Below the pieces are notes generated by a model, which made no database searches, was not told the origin of the DNA, and was given only the letters and a program-made list of their open reading frames with translations. The translations under genes and the position numbers were made by a program. Below, in pieces: positions 8,134-19,037 of a stretch of 64,000 nucleotides of DNA (positions are counted from its first letter, which is position 1; each line of letters opens with the position of its first letter). This stretch comes from Candidatus Ozemobacteraceae bacterium (lineage in GTDB: Bacteria > Muiribacteriota > Ozemobacteria > Ozemobacterales > Ozemobacteraceae): positions 4,384,001 to 4,448,000 of the forward strand of contig OZ223236.1 in the NCBI GenBank assembly GCA_965140445.1. Direction: 5' to 3'.

Positions 8134-10236
8134 TTGAAAAAGCACTTTTATTTAATTCCTTCCATGTGCTTCCTTTTTTTACTCATAGCTTCTCTCAGCT
8201 GTAATGCTGCAGTAATAACGAGAAGTGACGGAATGAGATTAAAAGTAGATGCATTGGGATATGAAAACGACAAATTTTCAGTAAGAATTGGAACTGAAAC
8301 TTCTGAACTTGATAGAAATCAGGTAAAAGATATCAGCTTTTCTGCACGAGATCAAAAAAACGAGCAGCTTTCCACTGATAGCGCAGATCTCTTGCCACTT
8401 CTTGAAGAAGCAAAAGAGCTTTATAAAAAGTATCCTGACAGTGAATCTGTAATTGTTCTGGATGAAGCTAACATTCAATATAGAAGAGATGGCTCAAATC
8501 TCTCCAGAACCAGAATGGTTACTCTTATTACAAAAGAAGAAGCCATGGGAATTGGGCAGGTAAGTCTCTCTTTTGATCCAAACCGCCATAAAATCAGAAT
8601 TTTAAGCGCAAGGTCCCTTTCTCCATCTGGGCATGTGTATTCTATAGATCCCCAACAGATTAAAATTTCAAAAGGTACTTCTGGAAGCGTTTATTTTAAC
8701 CAGTATCAACAGGTCAGCTTCTCAATTCCTCACGTAGAAGTTGGATCTCTTGTGGATTACAGCTATGAAATAGATGAATTTAATCCTTTTGATCCCAAGC
8801 TATTTCAGGGACAATTTTATTTTCAAAGTGATGTGCCAGTAAAAAAATCAATTATTAGAGTAAGTGTTCCGCATGAACAGGAACTTCATTACATCTTTAG
8901 AAATTCAAAGGATGAAAAAAGTGAACCTCAGATAATTGAAGCTGTTGATAACAAAATTTATCAATGGGAATACACTGATATTGAACCAATTATTGGTGAA
9001 CCCTACATGCCTGCTTTCCGTGATGTAGTGCCAGTTTTGTTTTACAGCATTCAAAAAGACTGGGCATATATGCACAATAGACTAAAACCTATGATGGAAA
9101 AACGTTTTCAGCTGACGGATTTTGTAAAAAAGAAAGTCGATGAAATCATTGAAGGCGCAAAGGATTTGAATGAAAAAATCGCCAGACTATATCTGTTTTG
9201 CCAGAAAGAAATTAGATACATTTCAATTAAAGGGAACTTGGCGAGCAATCAGGTTGGCCATCCAGCAGAAGAAACCCTGAGAAATAAGTATGGCGACTGC
9301 ACAGATAAAGGGATGCTTTTATCAACTATGTTAAAGCACATCGGCGTTGAAGCTTATCCAATTGGTATCAGAACAAATCCAAACGGAAAAGTTGTAAGAG
9401 AATTACCAATTTTCGACGACAACCACTGCATCACCGAAGTTCATCTGGACGGTAGAATCTTTTATCTTGATTCAACTGCAACTGATTATCGTTATCCTTA
9501 TTTCAGATCAGACGACCATGATACAAATGCAGATAACATAATGCTCAGAACCCACAATCCTATCCCACTTCCTCCACCAGAAGACAATGCATCAATCAGA
9601 CAATGGAATCTGGAGCTTGAAGCAGATGGGACAACTCACGTGAGTATTGAAAATACAATGAATGGTTCTTTTGAAGCGTCTTCAAGATACGCTGCAAGAA
9701 GCATGAAACCAGAAGAATACGACAAGGCAGTAAGATCAACGATTTCAAGATTAACCGCTGATTATGTTCTGAAAGTGGCAACCCATTCCGATCCCCTTGA
9801 TTTCAGCGGCCCATACGTTACCAAAACATCTTATGCATTGAATAGATTTGCTCCCAAGTCTGGTAAATACATGATATTTTCGATTCCATTTTATGAACTT
9901 GGTTTCCCGGAAGTCAGCTTAAATAAAAGGAACTACGACATTGTTTACACGACTTCGAATCTAAGAAATGAAACTTACACAATTAAGATTCCAGATAATT
10001 TTTCGGTAAAATATCTTCCGCCAGCACTCAGAATACAGACTCCAAATGTTGAATTTGAAGTAATTTACGATCAACAGGGAGACAGCATTAAAATTACAAG
10101 AAAACTTGCCTTTCCAAGAAGAGTAATCCCTGTCTCTGACTATCTGGGCTATAAAGCGGATTTGGAAAAAATAGCAAATTCTTCCAAGGAACGAATTTTT
10201 CTTGAAGAAGTTGCTCAGACTGGAGATACAAAATGA
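8134..10236 (+). CDS. Exported DUF3857 + transglutaminase-like + DUF3858 protein (triad intact)
   Basis: Signal peptide; VEVGSLVDYSY (DUF3857-like); IRYISI, GDCTDK, NHCI and YLDST (Cys-His-Asp); TTG start with GGAGG. Confidence 0.8.
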   Translation: MKKHFYLIPSMCFLFLLIASLSCNAAVITRSDGMRLKVDALGYENDKFSVRIGTETSELDRNQVKDISFSARDQKNEQLSTDSADLLPLLEEAKELYKKYPDSESVIVLDEANIQYRRDGSNLSRTRMVTLITKEEAMGIGQVSLSFDPNRHKIRILSARSLSPSGHVYSIDPQQIKISKGTSGSVYFNQYQQVSFSIPHVEVGSLVDYSYEIDEFNPFDPKLFQGQFYFQSDVPVKKSIIRVSVPHEQELHYIFRNSKDEKSEPQIIEAVDNKIYQWEYTDIEPIIGEPYMPAFRDVVPVLFYSIQKDWAYMHNRLKPMMEKRFQLTDFVKKKVDEIIEGAKDLNEKIARLYLFCQKEIRYISIKGNLASNQVGHPAEETLRNKYGDCTDKGMLLSTMLKHIGVEAYPIGIRTNPNGKVVRELPIFDDNHCITEVHLDGRIFYLDSTATDYRYPYFRSDDHDTNADNIMLRTHNPIPLPPPEDNASIRQWNLELEADGTTHVSIENTMNGSFEASSRYAARSMKPEEYDKAVRSTISRLTADYVLKVATHSDPLDFSGPYVTKTSYALNRFAPKSGKYMIFSIPFYELGFPEVSLNKRNYDIVYTTSNLRNETYTIKIPDNFSVKYLPPALRIQTPNVEFEVIYDQQGDSIKITRKLAFPRRVIPVSDYLGYKADLEKIANSSKERIFLEEVAQTGDTK

Positions 10237-12425
10237 AAAAACTAATCATGACCCTGGTTTTAAGCCTCTGTCTTGGAGCTCCAGCCTTCGCAGATGTTAT
10301 CTACTTAAATGAAGGCGAAGAACATATAGGAAAACTTAATACGATTAAAGACGGAACAATAAGTTTCAAAACTCTGGATGGCGATAACAAAAGCTTCTTT
10401 GCAACAGAAACAGCAAACCTTCTTATCTCAAAAATAAGAAAAGGCGATGAGATATCTTCAATTGCCAGCATAACAGATCCTATAGCCATAGAGGTTTTAA
10501 AAAATATTCCAAATCCGGCTCAATTTAAAGATTCGGATTACATCACTCTTCTGGTAAAACGGAACTTTAAATATCTGGATGATGGCAGTGCGCTATATAC
10601 AAGACGAGAATTTATTCAAATTTTGAAAGAGCCTGGTCTGGATATGGCAAACCGATCTCTCTACTATCTTAAAGATAGAGAAAAAACAGAGTTGATTTTT
10701 GCTCATACCTACTCTCCAAGCGGCAAAGTTTATCATGTAACCGATGATGCTGTTTCGGAAGAAAATCTCCTGTCAGCAAATCCTGAATATGCAAGACTCA
10801 AAAAATTAAAGTTTGCTCTAAAAAAAGCAGAACTTGGCTCAATTATTGATCTTTGTTATTCTCAGCACTTGAGTAATATTAATGAAATTCAACCCTTCAC
10901 CATTTCAAAAACTTTTGGTGAAAGAGAGCCTGTTTTGAAGGAAACTTTAACTGTATCCTACCCTGAAAAACGAAATATTCAGATAGCAAAATTTCAGTGG
11001 CCTGACAAAAATGCTCCAGTTCAAACAGAAAAGATTGAAAACGGAAGAAAGATCATTGAGTGGTCTTACTCAGATCCGGAGGGATTTATTCCAGAGCAGA
11101 ATATGCTTTCCACATCCCAGATTTTCCCACGAGTTTATCTTTACGATGCTTACAAATGGGAAAACATCGCTGGCAAACTGATACAAGCCTACAATGAATC
11201 AGCGCCAGACAAAGAATTGCTGGATAAATTCATAGAAAACGCAAAACTCAGTGCTGATGATACTGATTTTGAAAAAATCTGCAAAATCTATGAAACAGTA
11301 AATAGAGAAATTAGAGGTGTTGGCATTGGAATAAGCAGCATGGGAAGCTATAAACCAGTTAGTGCCAACATTACCTTAAAAAAGAAATACGCCAACCGAC
11401 ATGCAAAAACAGCCCTCTTCTATTACGCCCTAAAATCACTTGGAATAAAATGTGAATTTGGCTTTTGTGCTGGAAAGCGCGAAAAAGCTGCCACAATGGC
11501 AATTTCTGATATCTCAATGTTTGATGAGCCAATCGTAAAAGTCATTCTAGGACAACAGGCGTTTTATACAGATCTCGGGTCTCTTTACAGACCATTTGGC
11601 TCGCTTTCCACCTCTTTGCAAGGTGGAGGAACTGTTTTTGTAGATGAAACAAATAAGAATATCAAATTTGAAACTCTTCCAGTTTTAACCAATGATTGGA
11701 ACAGATTCGATCGAAATATTTTTGTTCAAATTCTCGACGACGGTTCAATGGATGTAAAAGAAACCATTACTTACCGCGGGCCATTTGAAACTGGATTGCG
11801 CCAGCTTAGATCTTCCAAGGACAAGGAAAAGCAAAATTACGCTCAAAGAAGAATTAAAGGTGTTCACCCAAGCGCAGTTTTGAAAAGTTTTGGCTTGTCA
11901 AACCTTGATAGTTTGCAAGCTCCCGCGGTTATGACCCTTTATTACAACATCCCGGATGCCGCTCAAAAAGCCTCTGATCTGATAATGACCTTTACAAATC
12001 TATGGGTGAATTATCAGTCCTCTTCGGCCAGCCTTCAAAAACGAAAATTCCCCATGCAATATTGGGCAACAGAAGAAAACAATCAAACTATAATTTTTGA
12101 GCTTCCAAAAAACTTTAAATGGGTGAAATGGGACAAGCAATATAGCTTTGAATCTGCTGGATTAAGCTTTCTATCGACAATGCATCAGGACGGAAACCTG
12201 TTAATCTATGCCGATCGCTTTATCGCAAGAGAAGACGAATTCAAAACCGGAAAAGAATACGGAAATTATAGAAAATGCCTTCTTACTATGAGTGAGTTAG
12301 CCAATCAAATTATAATTATTGAAAAGGCTAAACCAGAAGAACCTGAAAAGGTTGAAAAAATCGCAACAGATCAAGACAAAAATGCATCGGATACGATCGA
12401 TGCAAAAACAGAATCTCACGAATAA
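10233..12425 (+). CDS. Exported DUF3857/transglutaminase-like paralogue (triad degenerate)
   Basis: Signal peptide ending AFA; AELGSIIDLCY; same architecture as the upstream gene but YANRHAK replaces GDCxDK; ATGA coupling. Confidence 0.72.
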   Translation: MKKLIMTLVLSLCLGAPAFADVIYLNEGEEHIGKLNTIKDGTISFKTLDGDNKSFFATETANLLISKIRKGDEISSIASITDPIAIEVLKNIPNPAQFKDSDYITLLVKRNFKYLDDGSALYTRREFIQILKEPGLDMANRSLYYLKDREKTELIFAHTYSPSGKVYHVTDDAVSEENLLSANPEYARLKKLKFALKKAELGSIIDLCYSQHLSNINEIQPFTISKTFGEREPVLKETLTVSYPEKRNIQIAKFQWPDKNAPVQTEKIENGRKIIEWSYSDPEGFIPEQNMLSTSQIFPRVYLYDAYKWENIAGKLIQAYNESAPDKELLDKFIENAKLSADDTDFEKICKIYETVNREIRGVGIGISSMGSYKPVSANITLKKKYANRHAKTALFYYALKSLGIKCEFGFCAGKREKAATMAISDISMFDEPIVKVILGQQAFYTDLGSLYRPFGSLSTSLQGGGTVFVDETNKNIKFETLPVLTNDWNRFDRNIFVQILDDGSMDVKETITYRGPFETGLRQLRSSKDKEKQNYAQRRIKGVHPSAVLKSFGLSNLDSLQAPAVMTLYYNIPDAAQKASDLIMTFTNLWVNYQSSSASLQKRKFPMQYWATEENNQTIIFELPKNFKWVKWDKQYSFESAGLSFLSTMHQDGNLLIYADRFIAREDEFKTGKEYGNYRKCLLTMSELANQIIIIEKAKPEEPEKVEKIATDQDKNASDTIDAKTESHE

Positions 12426-12449
12426 TAAGCCTTGATTAAATAAGCTAAC

Positions 12450-12483
12450 AATACAGGCAGAGAGACCACTCTCTGCCTGTATT
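12450..12483 (+). terminator. 15-bp stem-loop (terminator or processing site)
   Basis: AATACAGGCAGAGAG-acca-CTCTCTGCCTGTATT. Confidence 0.6.
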
Positions 12484-12492
12484 CCTAAAAGG

Positions 12493-14286
12493 ATGAATCA
12501 AATTCAGAAAAATTTTAGCGAATTTCTAACATGGTTTTGGCCAGCGTTTTTCGTTGCCATAGTTCCATTTTTGTATTTTTTTGACGAGCTTTTCGCTTCT
12601 CTTGCATTAGAACTTTCTGTATTTTCTTTTTTACTGATATTTGTTTTTTCCAAACCCGAGAAAATAAGCCCCAAAAGCCTGGCAGCAGCATTTCTGTCTT
12701 TTACATACCTTTATCTTGCTGCCAGATCTGTTGTTACTTCTGCGGACCCATCCGTTTCCCTTCCGACAGCCGTTAAACTATTTGCCATCTTTGCTTCTGG
12801 CCTAATTTTCTTTGCATATTCACGAAAAAACGGCTTCATCCATAAAACTTTATATGTTTCAGTAACTGCAAGCCTTTTACATACATATATCTGCATTGCA
12901 GAATATATTGAAGCCCCCCCCATACCTTCAACCTGGATTGATCCGGGCATGAAAGACCTTATAAGAACAAGATGTGCCGGGATCTTTACCGACCCAAATA
13001 TTTTTGGAGCATTCTTAACTGTTCTTTTCTTTTTAAATCTTGGCGCAATAGTAAATTTTTCTTCCAACAAATACCGTTTCTGGAGTTCGATTGCAGCAAT
13101 TGGTACGGGCGTATCTTTATTAATGACTCTAAGTCGAGGGTCCTGGGCTGGTGCGGGCGCTGGCCTGTTTGTATTTTTAATCGCCAGCCTAAAGTCTGAA
13201 AAAGTAAGGGCTTCCTGGAAACCACTTGGAATTGTTTTCCTAATTCTTGCAGCCATTTTCCTCATTGGCCCTTTTAAATACAGATTTGCCAGCATGACAA
13301 ACATGTCTGACATGACGATTTCCCAAAGAAGCCTCATAAATAAAGCCTTTATAAAGTCATACAGCAAAATTCCCATTACCGGGTTTGGACTCCACACATT
13401 TAATCAAATTTACCCCAGATTTAGAATTGTCGGCGGCGACTACCCGATGAATGCTCACAATGAACTTCTGCATAGTTTTCTTGAAACGGGCCCGCTAAGT
13501 GCACTAATACTGTTTTTTCTGACGCTAATGACTTTTACTGCTGTTCCCGGTCAAGTTACCCCTGAAAACAGAGTTACAAAAGCAATTTTCTCGGCAATCT
13601 TCACTTCATTGGTGGTCCATAATCTAACCGGATTTTCTTCAAAAATTCTTCCGGTCGCAGTTTTTCTTCCGATTTCTGCCGCCATTATTTTTGGACTCTT
13701 TGAGAATCAGAGCAAAAGACACCTGAACATTGCCAAGCTCCAGAATAAAATGAAACTCCCGGCAAGCATCCTTTTATTGTTAGGGATTTTTATTGCATAC
13801 AACATCTACCAAAATCAAATAGCTATTTTGAATGCTAACACCCTTTTTGCGGCGGGAAAACTCCAACAGGCCCTGCAGATAGCTAAAAGTAATCAGCCTC
13901 CGATTTACCAGTCGCCTTTACAGGAATTGCTTATAAGCGAAATACAGCAGAAACTTGGAGATACCGAAAAGGCAAGAGTCGCCATTTCCAAAGCTATTGA
14001 GCTAAATCCTTCGGAAGCACAATACTATATTCTAAAAGCTGAAAGATTCCCCAGCCAGTCATTTTCTCAAAAATGTAGTCTTTATGAAAAAGCCATTAAA
14101 TTAGACCCCGCATCAGAGATTTTTAGACTTAAATTCGCACAGTTTTTAGCAAAAAACGGTGAAATAGAAAAAGCATTAACACAACTAAAAACAGGTTTGA
14201 GCTTTTCTCCCGGCTACCATAAAGTGTACACAAACTATCTGCAGTTAGAGGATTTCCAAAAGAAATTAATTGAGCAGAAAAAATAG
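12493..14286 (+). CDS. O-antigen ligase (Wzy_C) family polytopic membrane protein with C-terminal TPR
   Basis: About 12 TM segments; RCAGIFTDPNIFG, MTLSRGSW, ITGFG and NAHNELL motifs; TPR-like AIELNPS/AIKLDPA. Confidence 0.82.
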   Translation: MNQIQKNFSEFLTWFWPAFFVAIVPFLYFFDELFASLALELSVFSFLLIFVFSKPEKISPKSLAAAFLSFTYLYLAARSVVTSADPSVSLPTAVKLFAIFASGLIFFAYSRKNGFIHKTLYVSVTASLLHTYICIAEYIEAPPIPSTWIDPGMKDLIRTRCAGIFTDPNIFGAFLTVLFFLNLGAIVNFSSNKYRFWSSIAAIGTGVSLLMTLSRGSWAGAGAGLFVFLIASLKSEKVRASWKPLGIVFLILAAIFLIGPFKYRFASMTNMSDMTISQRSLINKAFIKSYSKIPITGFGLHTFNQIYPRFRIVGGDYPMNAHNELLHSFLETGPLSALILFFLTLMTFTAVPGQVTPENRVTKAIFSAIFTSLVVHNLTGFSSKILPVAVFLPISAAIIFGLFENQSKRHLNIAKLQNKMKLPASILLLLGIFIAYNIYQNQIAILNANTLFAAGKLQQALQIAKSNQPPIYQSPLQELLISEIQQKLGDTEKARVAISKAIELNPSEAQYYILKAERFPSQSFSQKCSLYEKAIKLDPASEIFRLKFAQFLAKNGEIEKALTQLKTGLSFSPGYHKVYTNYLQLEDFQKKLIEQKK

Positions 14287-14352
14287 TCTGATTCAGAAAA
14301 ATTATTGTTTTTTTCATTTTTCTGAAAAGTTGTGCCGATAATTAACTGAATC

Positions 14353-17300
14353 ATGACTAGAAAAGCCATATACATAATAATAGCGCTTTTAATTTGGTTG
14401 CCAGGCAAATCCATGGCAGCTATGGATTTCATTTTTGAAGAATCCCTCGCAAAATCGATGGATAGAGCTGAAAAGCTTTACCAAAAGGGCGAATGGGATG
14501 AAGTCATGCGCATCAGCAGGGGAGTATTAAAAGATGCTCCAAAAAGCCACCCTTCAAAACAACGTGCCCAGGATCTTATCGTACTGTCTCTCGATGGCAA
14601 AAACAAAGAGTTAATACGTAAACAAAACATTCAAAAATTGAAAAAAAATAAGTCCACGGCAAAAACTCTGGTGGATGAAGGCAATAAACTTCTCATAGAG
14701 AAAAAATATGAATCAGCCGCTGGAAAATTTAGTAGAGCAGTAAGATATGAATCCGGAGATTCTCAATCCTACTATCTACTTGGATATGCATTGAAAAAAT
14801 CTGGCAATAAGAAAGGTGCATATAACGCATTTAAAAAGTGTTTATCACTTAATAAAAACCATTCGAGGGCTCTTTTCCATTTAACTGGCTTAAGTTATGA
14901 ATTTAAAAAGAATCGTGAAGCAGAAATTCTATCCAAAAAGCTTATCTTCACGATCGAAAAGAGACTTGAGGAACTAAAAGAAATTTTCTTCGCTCAAAAA
15001 GAACAACAACTAAATGACAAAGCCATTGAGACCACTAGAAAAATGGCTTCTCTCAAACAAAATCTTGCTCAGGCAACCTATATGCATGGAGTGCTTACCG
15101 AAAAAAGGAAGGACTACAAAGCTGCGCTTGAATCCTTCCGCAAAGCATCGCAGCTAAATTCAGCTTCCGCTGATGTTTGGTATCACCTGGGAAAGGTCCT
15201 GTTGAACCTGAATATTTATCATCAGGCAACATTAGCCCTTGAACAATCTGCATTCATAAAAGAGTCCAGATTAAAGGAATTGCGAGATAAAGCAACTCAG
15301 CTATTGGATTCAGGTAAAGACGACCAAGCCGTTGCCGCTGAATTAGAAACAAGAAAAATTAAAGCAGAAATAGCCAAATCATACTACGCATTGGCCGTTG
15401 CAAATGGAAAACGCAAAGAAACCGGAACAGCTATTGAAAATATAAATAAAGCAATAGAACTGGACCCAGAACTAAGCAGCGCAAGATATGTTAAAGCTGT
15501 TTTCCTGGCTGAAAAGAATAGATTTGAAGAAGCTTTGATTGAAATGCGTAAAGTTTTGAAAAATGCTCCTCCAAAAAGTGTTCAAGCCAAAAAAGCCATA
15601 AAAACAATGACTTTCTTGATGGACATGATTGCCAGAAAAAACAATCCAGTAGAATTTGCCAAGATTGAAAAGAAGTCTAAAACAGTTGAAGTAAACTCTT
15701 ATGTTAAAGACATGCCTGGACTTGGCGGAAAGAAAAAAGAAGTTGAATGGGAAGAAATTTTCCCACAAATGAAAGAAATTCAGGAACTTGTAACGATGGC
15801 CAATTACCCAGAAGCCATCCGCCGTTTGATTTATTTAAGAACCAAGCATCCAAATATCGCTGAAATTCATGCAATTCTCGGGAACTGCTACAGTATTCAG
15901 GGCAGATACGAAGATGCTGAACTTTGTTTTGAAAATGCTATTGAAATTCAGCCTTCTCACGCTGAAAGCCTTGCTAACCTTGCTTATGTGTATGCTACAC
16001 TGGGCAAGAAGCTTAATAAAGCACAAGAAATGGCAGAAAAAGCACTTAAAGCCGATGGCTTAAGAGCAGAATTTCATCATACTCTTGGCTGGGTTTTATT
16101 TAAAACCGGAGAAGTAAAAAAAGCGATGCTTTCATTTAGCAAAGCTGTAGAAATAAAGCCTGACTATATCCTTGCCAGATACAACCTTGGCCTATCCCAT
16201 TACATTCTAAGGGAATATAAAAGCGCTTTAGATTCATTTGATTTTGTTTTAGCAAAGAATCCTTCTCACCAGAAAGCTTTATTATTTAAAGCCATCAGTC
16301 AGGCAAAAACCAATGAAGCTGAAAAAGCTCTTCAAACCTTAGAATACCTTGGCGACAAACTACCAGAAAAATCTACCTTAGCAAAAGTAGTAAGTGATCT
16401 GCATTCTAAGCTTAAACTTGCTCACGAAAGGCATGCCAAGCTTCCTATTCCCGAAATACAATCTCCTGCTCCAATCGAGAAATTGATGGCCGAAGCAGCC
16501 GCATATCGTCGGGATGGTCTTGTAACAAAAGCAAAAGAAAAATATCTGGAATGCCAGAGGCTAGCTCCAGAAAGATTTGAACCATATTACGAATTGGGTG
16601 AAATGTATGCTAAAGCTGGCTTAAACACCCCAGCAGTGTCCACATGGCAGAAAGCAATTGCCATGAATCCAAACAACTATGAACTTCAGCTGAACCTTGG
16701 AAAGATGCTCCATAAACTTGGAAAAGTTGATAAAGCCAGAGAATGTTTTGTCAAAGCTCAAGCACTTGGCGAAAAAGAAGCAGAGCCAAAATACTATTTG
16801 GGTTTATTAGCCTATGAAGATAAGAAATTTGAATCAGCAGAAAGCCATGCTCTTGGAGCTCTGAGACTAAAACCAAGATTCTTTAAGTCTATGGCTCTTC
16901 TGGGAATGGCACGAATTCGACTTGGCAGATTAAAACCTGCCAGAGATATCTATGAAACCCTTTATGCAAAAGCGCCAAACAATTCTTCCATAAAACAACA
17001 TGCCAGAACCAAAATTTGGGAAATCACCAAAATGATGGCTCCTGCTCAGTTCCCTTCAATTGAGGACGCAATGGACGTAAAAGAAACTATTGTAAAACGA
17101 GTTTCCGGGGAAAAGGATAACAAGAAATTTGTTCCTCAACCTTCAGATGAGAAATCATTCAAAGAATACGGGAAAAACACCATGACTGTAGATGACAAGT
17201 TGTGGGTACTCAGGCAAATGGAAAAATTCTCCTCAATATCAACTCCAAGCCCTGTTGCACCACTAAGAAAAACTATTACAGCTGAAACACTTACCAGTAA

Positions 17301-18075
17301 AGAAAAAAATTGGATGCTCAATCGCTTAAAAGGCTTCGGAGCACATTCAAACAAATATGCCCTGCCAGTTGAAAAAGGAAACAAGGAATTTGCTCTTAAA
17401 ACAATTAAAGTAGCTCAAAGAGCTCCTGATAAATCTGATGAATTTACCAAAAAAGGGCTTGAAAACGCTGAAAAAGGCTTCCTGGCAAAAGCACTTGAGG
17501 ATTTTGAAAAAGCAAGAACCATTTCTCCCGAAAACCTGGAAGTGCTTTTAAATCTTGGCTTCCTGCACACAATTCAAGGCAACTTCAAAAATGCTTTTGA
17601 TGCGTTTGCTCAGGCTTCAATCAGCCATCCAGAGAGTCCACTACCTCACCTTGCACTTGGCAACCTCTATTGGCTGGGTGGGCAGGCTTCTCAAGCCATC
17701 AACTCATGGAAAAAAATAAAAGGACCGATCAACCCTGATCCGGAATTTACTTTTATTGCTCGTTCAGAAAAAGTTTGGAAACGAATGCTTGAAATCAATC
17801 CAACTGATATCGATGCTCATTCAAACCTCGGAATGGTATTCCTTTTTGCGGGCAAAACAAAAGAAGCGCTCGCAGAATTCCAGGCAGTAACATCACTGGA
17901 TAAAAATAGAAAAGAACATGATTTTTATTCAGCTCAGGCTTACGTAATTCTGTTCATTACCGAAAAGAATAAACAATACAAAAATAATGCAAAGGAAATA
18001 CTTGCTTCACTCGTAAAGGGTCCAGAACCATTCCCACACACAGAAAGGCTTTCAAGCTTTGTTAAATCACTTTAA
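14353..18075 (+). CDS. Large exported multi-TPR protein (1240 aa)
   Basis: Signal peptide; many TPR repeats (e.g. ADVWYHLG, FSKAVEIKPDYILARYNLG, IDAHSNLG). Confidence 0.85.
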   Translation: MTRKAIYIIIALLIWLPGKSMAAMDFIFEESLAKSMDRAEKLYQKGEWDEVMRISRGVLKDAPKSHPSKQRAQDLIVLSLDGKNKELIRKQNIQKLKKNKSTAKTLVDEGNKLLIEKKYESAAGKFSRAVRYESGDSQSYYLLGYALKKSGNKKGAYNAFKKCLSLNKNHSRALFHLTGLSYEFKKNREAEILSKKLIFTIEKRLEELKEIFFAQKEQQLNDKAIETTRKMASLKQNLAQATYMHGVLTEKRKDYKAALESFRKASQLNSASADVWYHLGKVLLNLNIYHQATLALEQSAFIKESRLKELRDKATQLLDSGKDDQAVAAELETRKIKAEIAKSYYALAVANGKRKETGTAIENINKAIELDPELSSARYVKAVFLAEKNRFEEALIEMRKVLKNAPPKSVQAKKAIKTMTFLMDMIARKNNPVEFAKIEKKSKTVEVNSYVKDMPGLGGKKKEVEWEEIFPQMKEIQELVTMANYPEAIRRLIYLRTKHPNIAEIHAILGNCYSIQGRYEDAELCFENAIEIQPSHAESLANLAYVYATLGKKLNKAQEMAEKALKADGLRAEFHHTLGWVLFKTGEVKKAMLSFSKAVEIKPDYILARYNLGLSHYILREYKSALDSFDFVLAKNPSHQKALLFKAISQAKTNEAEKALQTLEYLGDKLPEKSTLAKVVSDLHSKLKLAHERHAKLPIPEIQSPAPIEKLMAEAAAYRRDGLVTKAKEKYLECQRLAPERFEPYYELGEMYAKAGLNTPAVSTWQKAIAMNPNNYELQLNLGKMLHKLGKVDKARECFVKAQALGEKEAEPKYYLGLLAYEDKKFESAESHALGALRLKPRFFKSMALLGMARIRLGRLKPARDIYETLYAKAPNNSSIKQHARTKIWEITKMMAPAQFPSIEDAMDVKETIVKRVSGEKDNKKFVPQPSDEKSFKEYGKNTMTVDDKLWVLRQMEKFSSISTPSPVAPLRKTITAETLTSKEKNWMLNRLKGFGAHSNKYALPVEKGNKEFALKTIKVAQRAPDKSDEFTKKGLENAEKGFLAKALEDFEKARTISPENLEVLLNLGFLHTIQGNFKNAFDAFAQASISHPESPLPHLALGNLYWLGGQASQAINSWKKIKGPINPDPEFTFIARSEKVWKRMLEINPTDIDAHSNLGMVFLFAGKTKEALAEFQAVTSLDKNRKEHDFYSAQAYVILFITEKNKQYKNNAKEILASLVKGPEPFPHTERLSSFVKSL

Positions 18076-19030
18076 AACTAAATCTATGCATTTAAAAAAA
18101 GCTATTGGTCTAATTGGCGTTTTGCTTATTCTACTTTTGCAGGCAACCCATCTTTCTGCACAAGTAGAAAACTTTGGTAACCTTGGTGACTTTGAAATTT
18201 ACTCTATGGGTGATCAAAGTAAAGCACCTCCCAAAGTTGAAGTTGAATCGCGCTTTAAACTAACTCCCAAAAATGCTCTAAACGGTGATGGACTAGGCGG
18301 ATTCTTCGTTTCGGAAACTGCCGACAAGCTTCTTCCAGATCAACTAATATTTGCTACAAGATACAAATATCATAAAATTACAGCTAACCGTGGAACGGCT
18401 TTACATTCCACAGAGGACGGATCTGTATCAACATTTGAAGGGACATTAAATTGGGTAGGAAAGTGGGCTGAATGGGCTGTTACTATCCCAATACACGATT
18501 GGAATCTTAACGCGCCAAAAACTTTTGGCGGATACCCATCAGACAACACAGGGCTTGGCAATATGAGACTGGGTTGGAAAGCCACTTATCTTCCGGACAA
18601 AAGCTACTACAGATTTGCCTATGGGGCAGTCATGACAGTTACCACTGGAAATCCAGATAGAATGCTTCCCGCAGGATCAAAGAAAAGTGATGAAATGAAG
18701 CTTTTCGGCTGTGTTACCACCAAAGAAACTGATAGAGCCACTGCCAACCTTGAATTAGGTGGCGTAATTGATTCTGAAAGTGAAGACGATAGATTCCTAT
18801 ATAGATTCGCCCTTAGCTATGAAGCTACGGAGCACGCGAGTCTGATTGGTGAATTTGCCGGAGAAGTGCTTGGTGGGGATGACAAAGACACCATGGACTT
18901 GATTGTTGGAATTAGACTTGCCCCAACCAGAAACTTCACATTAGAAATCGCATATTACAAAAATCTAAGAACCTACCGAGAATACGGCTGGGATGATCAA
19001 CTTCAGTTGGGAACCACAATAAAGTGGTAA
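18059..19030 (+). CDS. Exported protein, probable outer-membrane beta-barrel (likely start ATG 18086)
   Basis: Signal peptide; alternating amphipathic strands (GLGNMRLGWKATY, FLYRFALSY, LIVGIRL); C-terminal aromatic strand LQLGTTIKW. Confidence 0.6.
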   Translation: MLNHFKTKSMHLKKAIGLIGVLLILLLQATHLSAQVENFGNLGDFEIYSMGDQSKAPPKVEVESRFKLTPKNALNGDGLGGFFVSETADKLLPDQLIFATRYKYHKITANRGTALHSTEDGSVSTFEGTLNWVGKWAEWAVTIPIHDWNLNAPKTFGGYPSDNTGLGNMRLGWKATYLPDKSYYRFAYGAVMTVTTGNPDRMLPAGSKKSDEMKLFGCVTTKETDRATANLELGGVIDSESEDDRFLYRFALSYEATEHASLIGEFAGEVLGGDDKDTMDLIVGIRLAPTRNFTLEIAYYKNLRTYREYGWDDQLQLGTTIKW

Positions 19031-19037
19031 ATTGAGA

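Noticed and set aside
12711..13397. 228-aa antisense ORF, and the other shadow ORFs in the track (e.g. 25048-25545, 35525-36001, 57893-58405)
   Set aside because: They lie opposite well-supported genes and have no motifs; typical antisense-frame artefacts.
14323..14337. sigma54-like CGGCACAACTTTTCA on the minus strand
   Set aside because: It lacks the invariant -12 GC and would point antisense into a gene.
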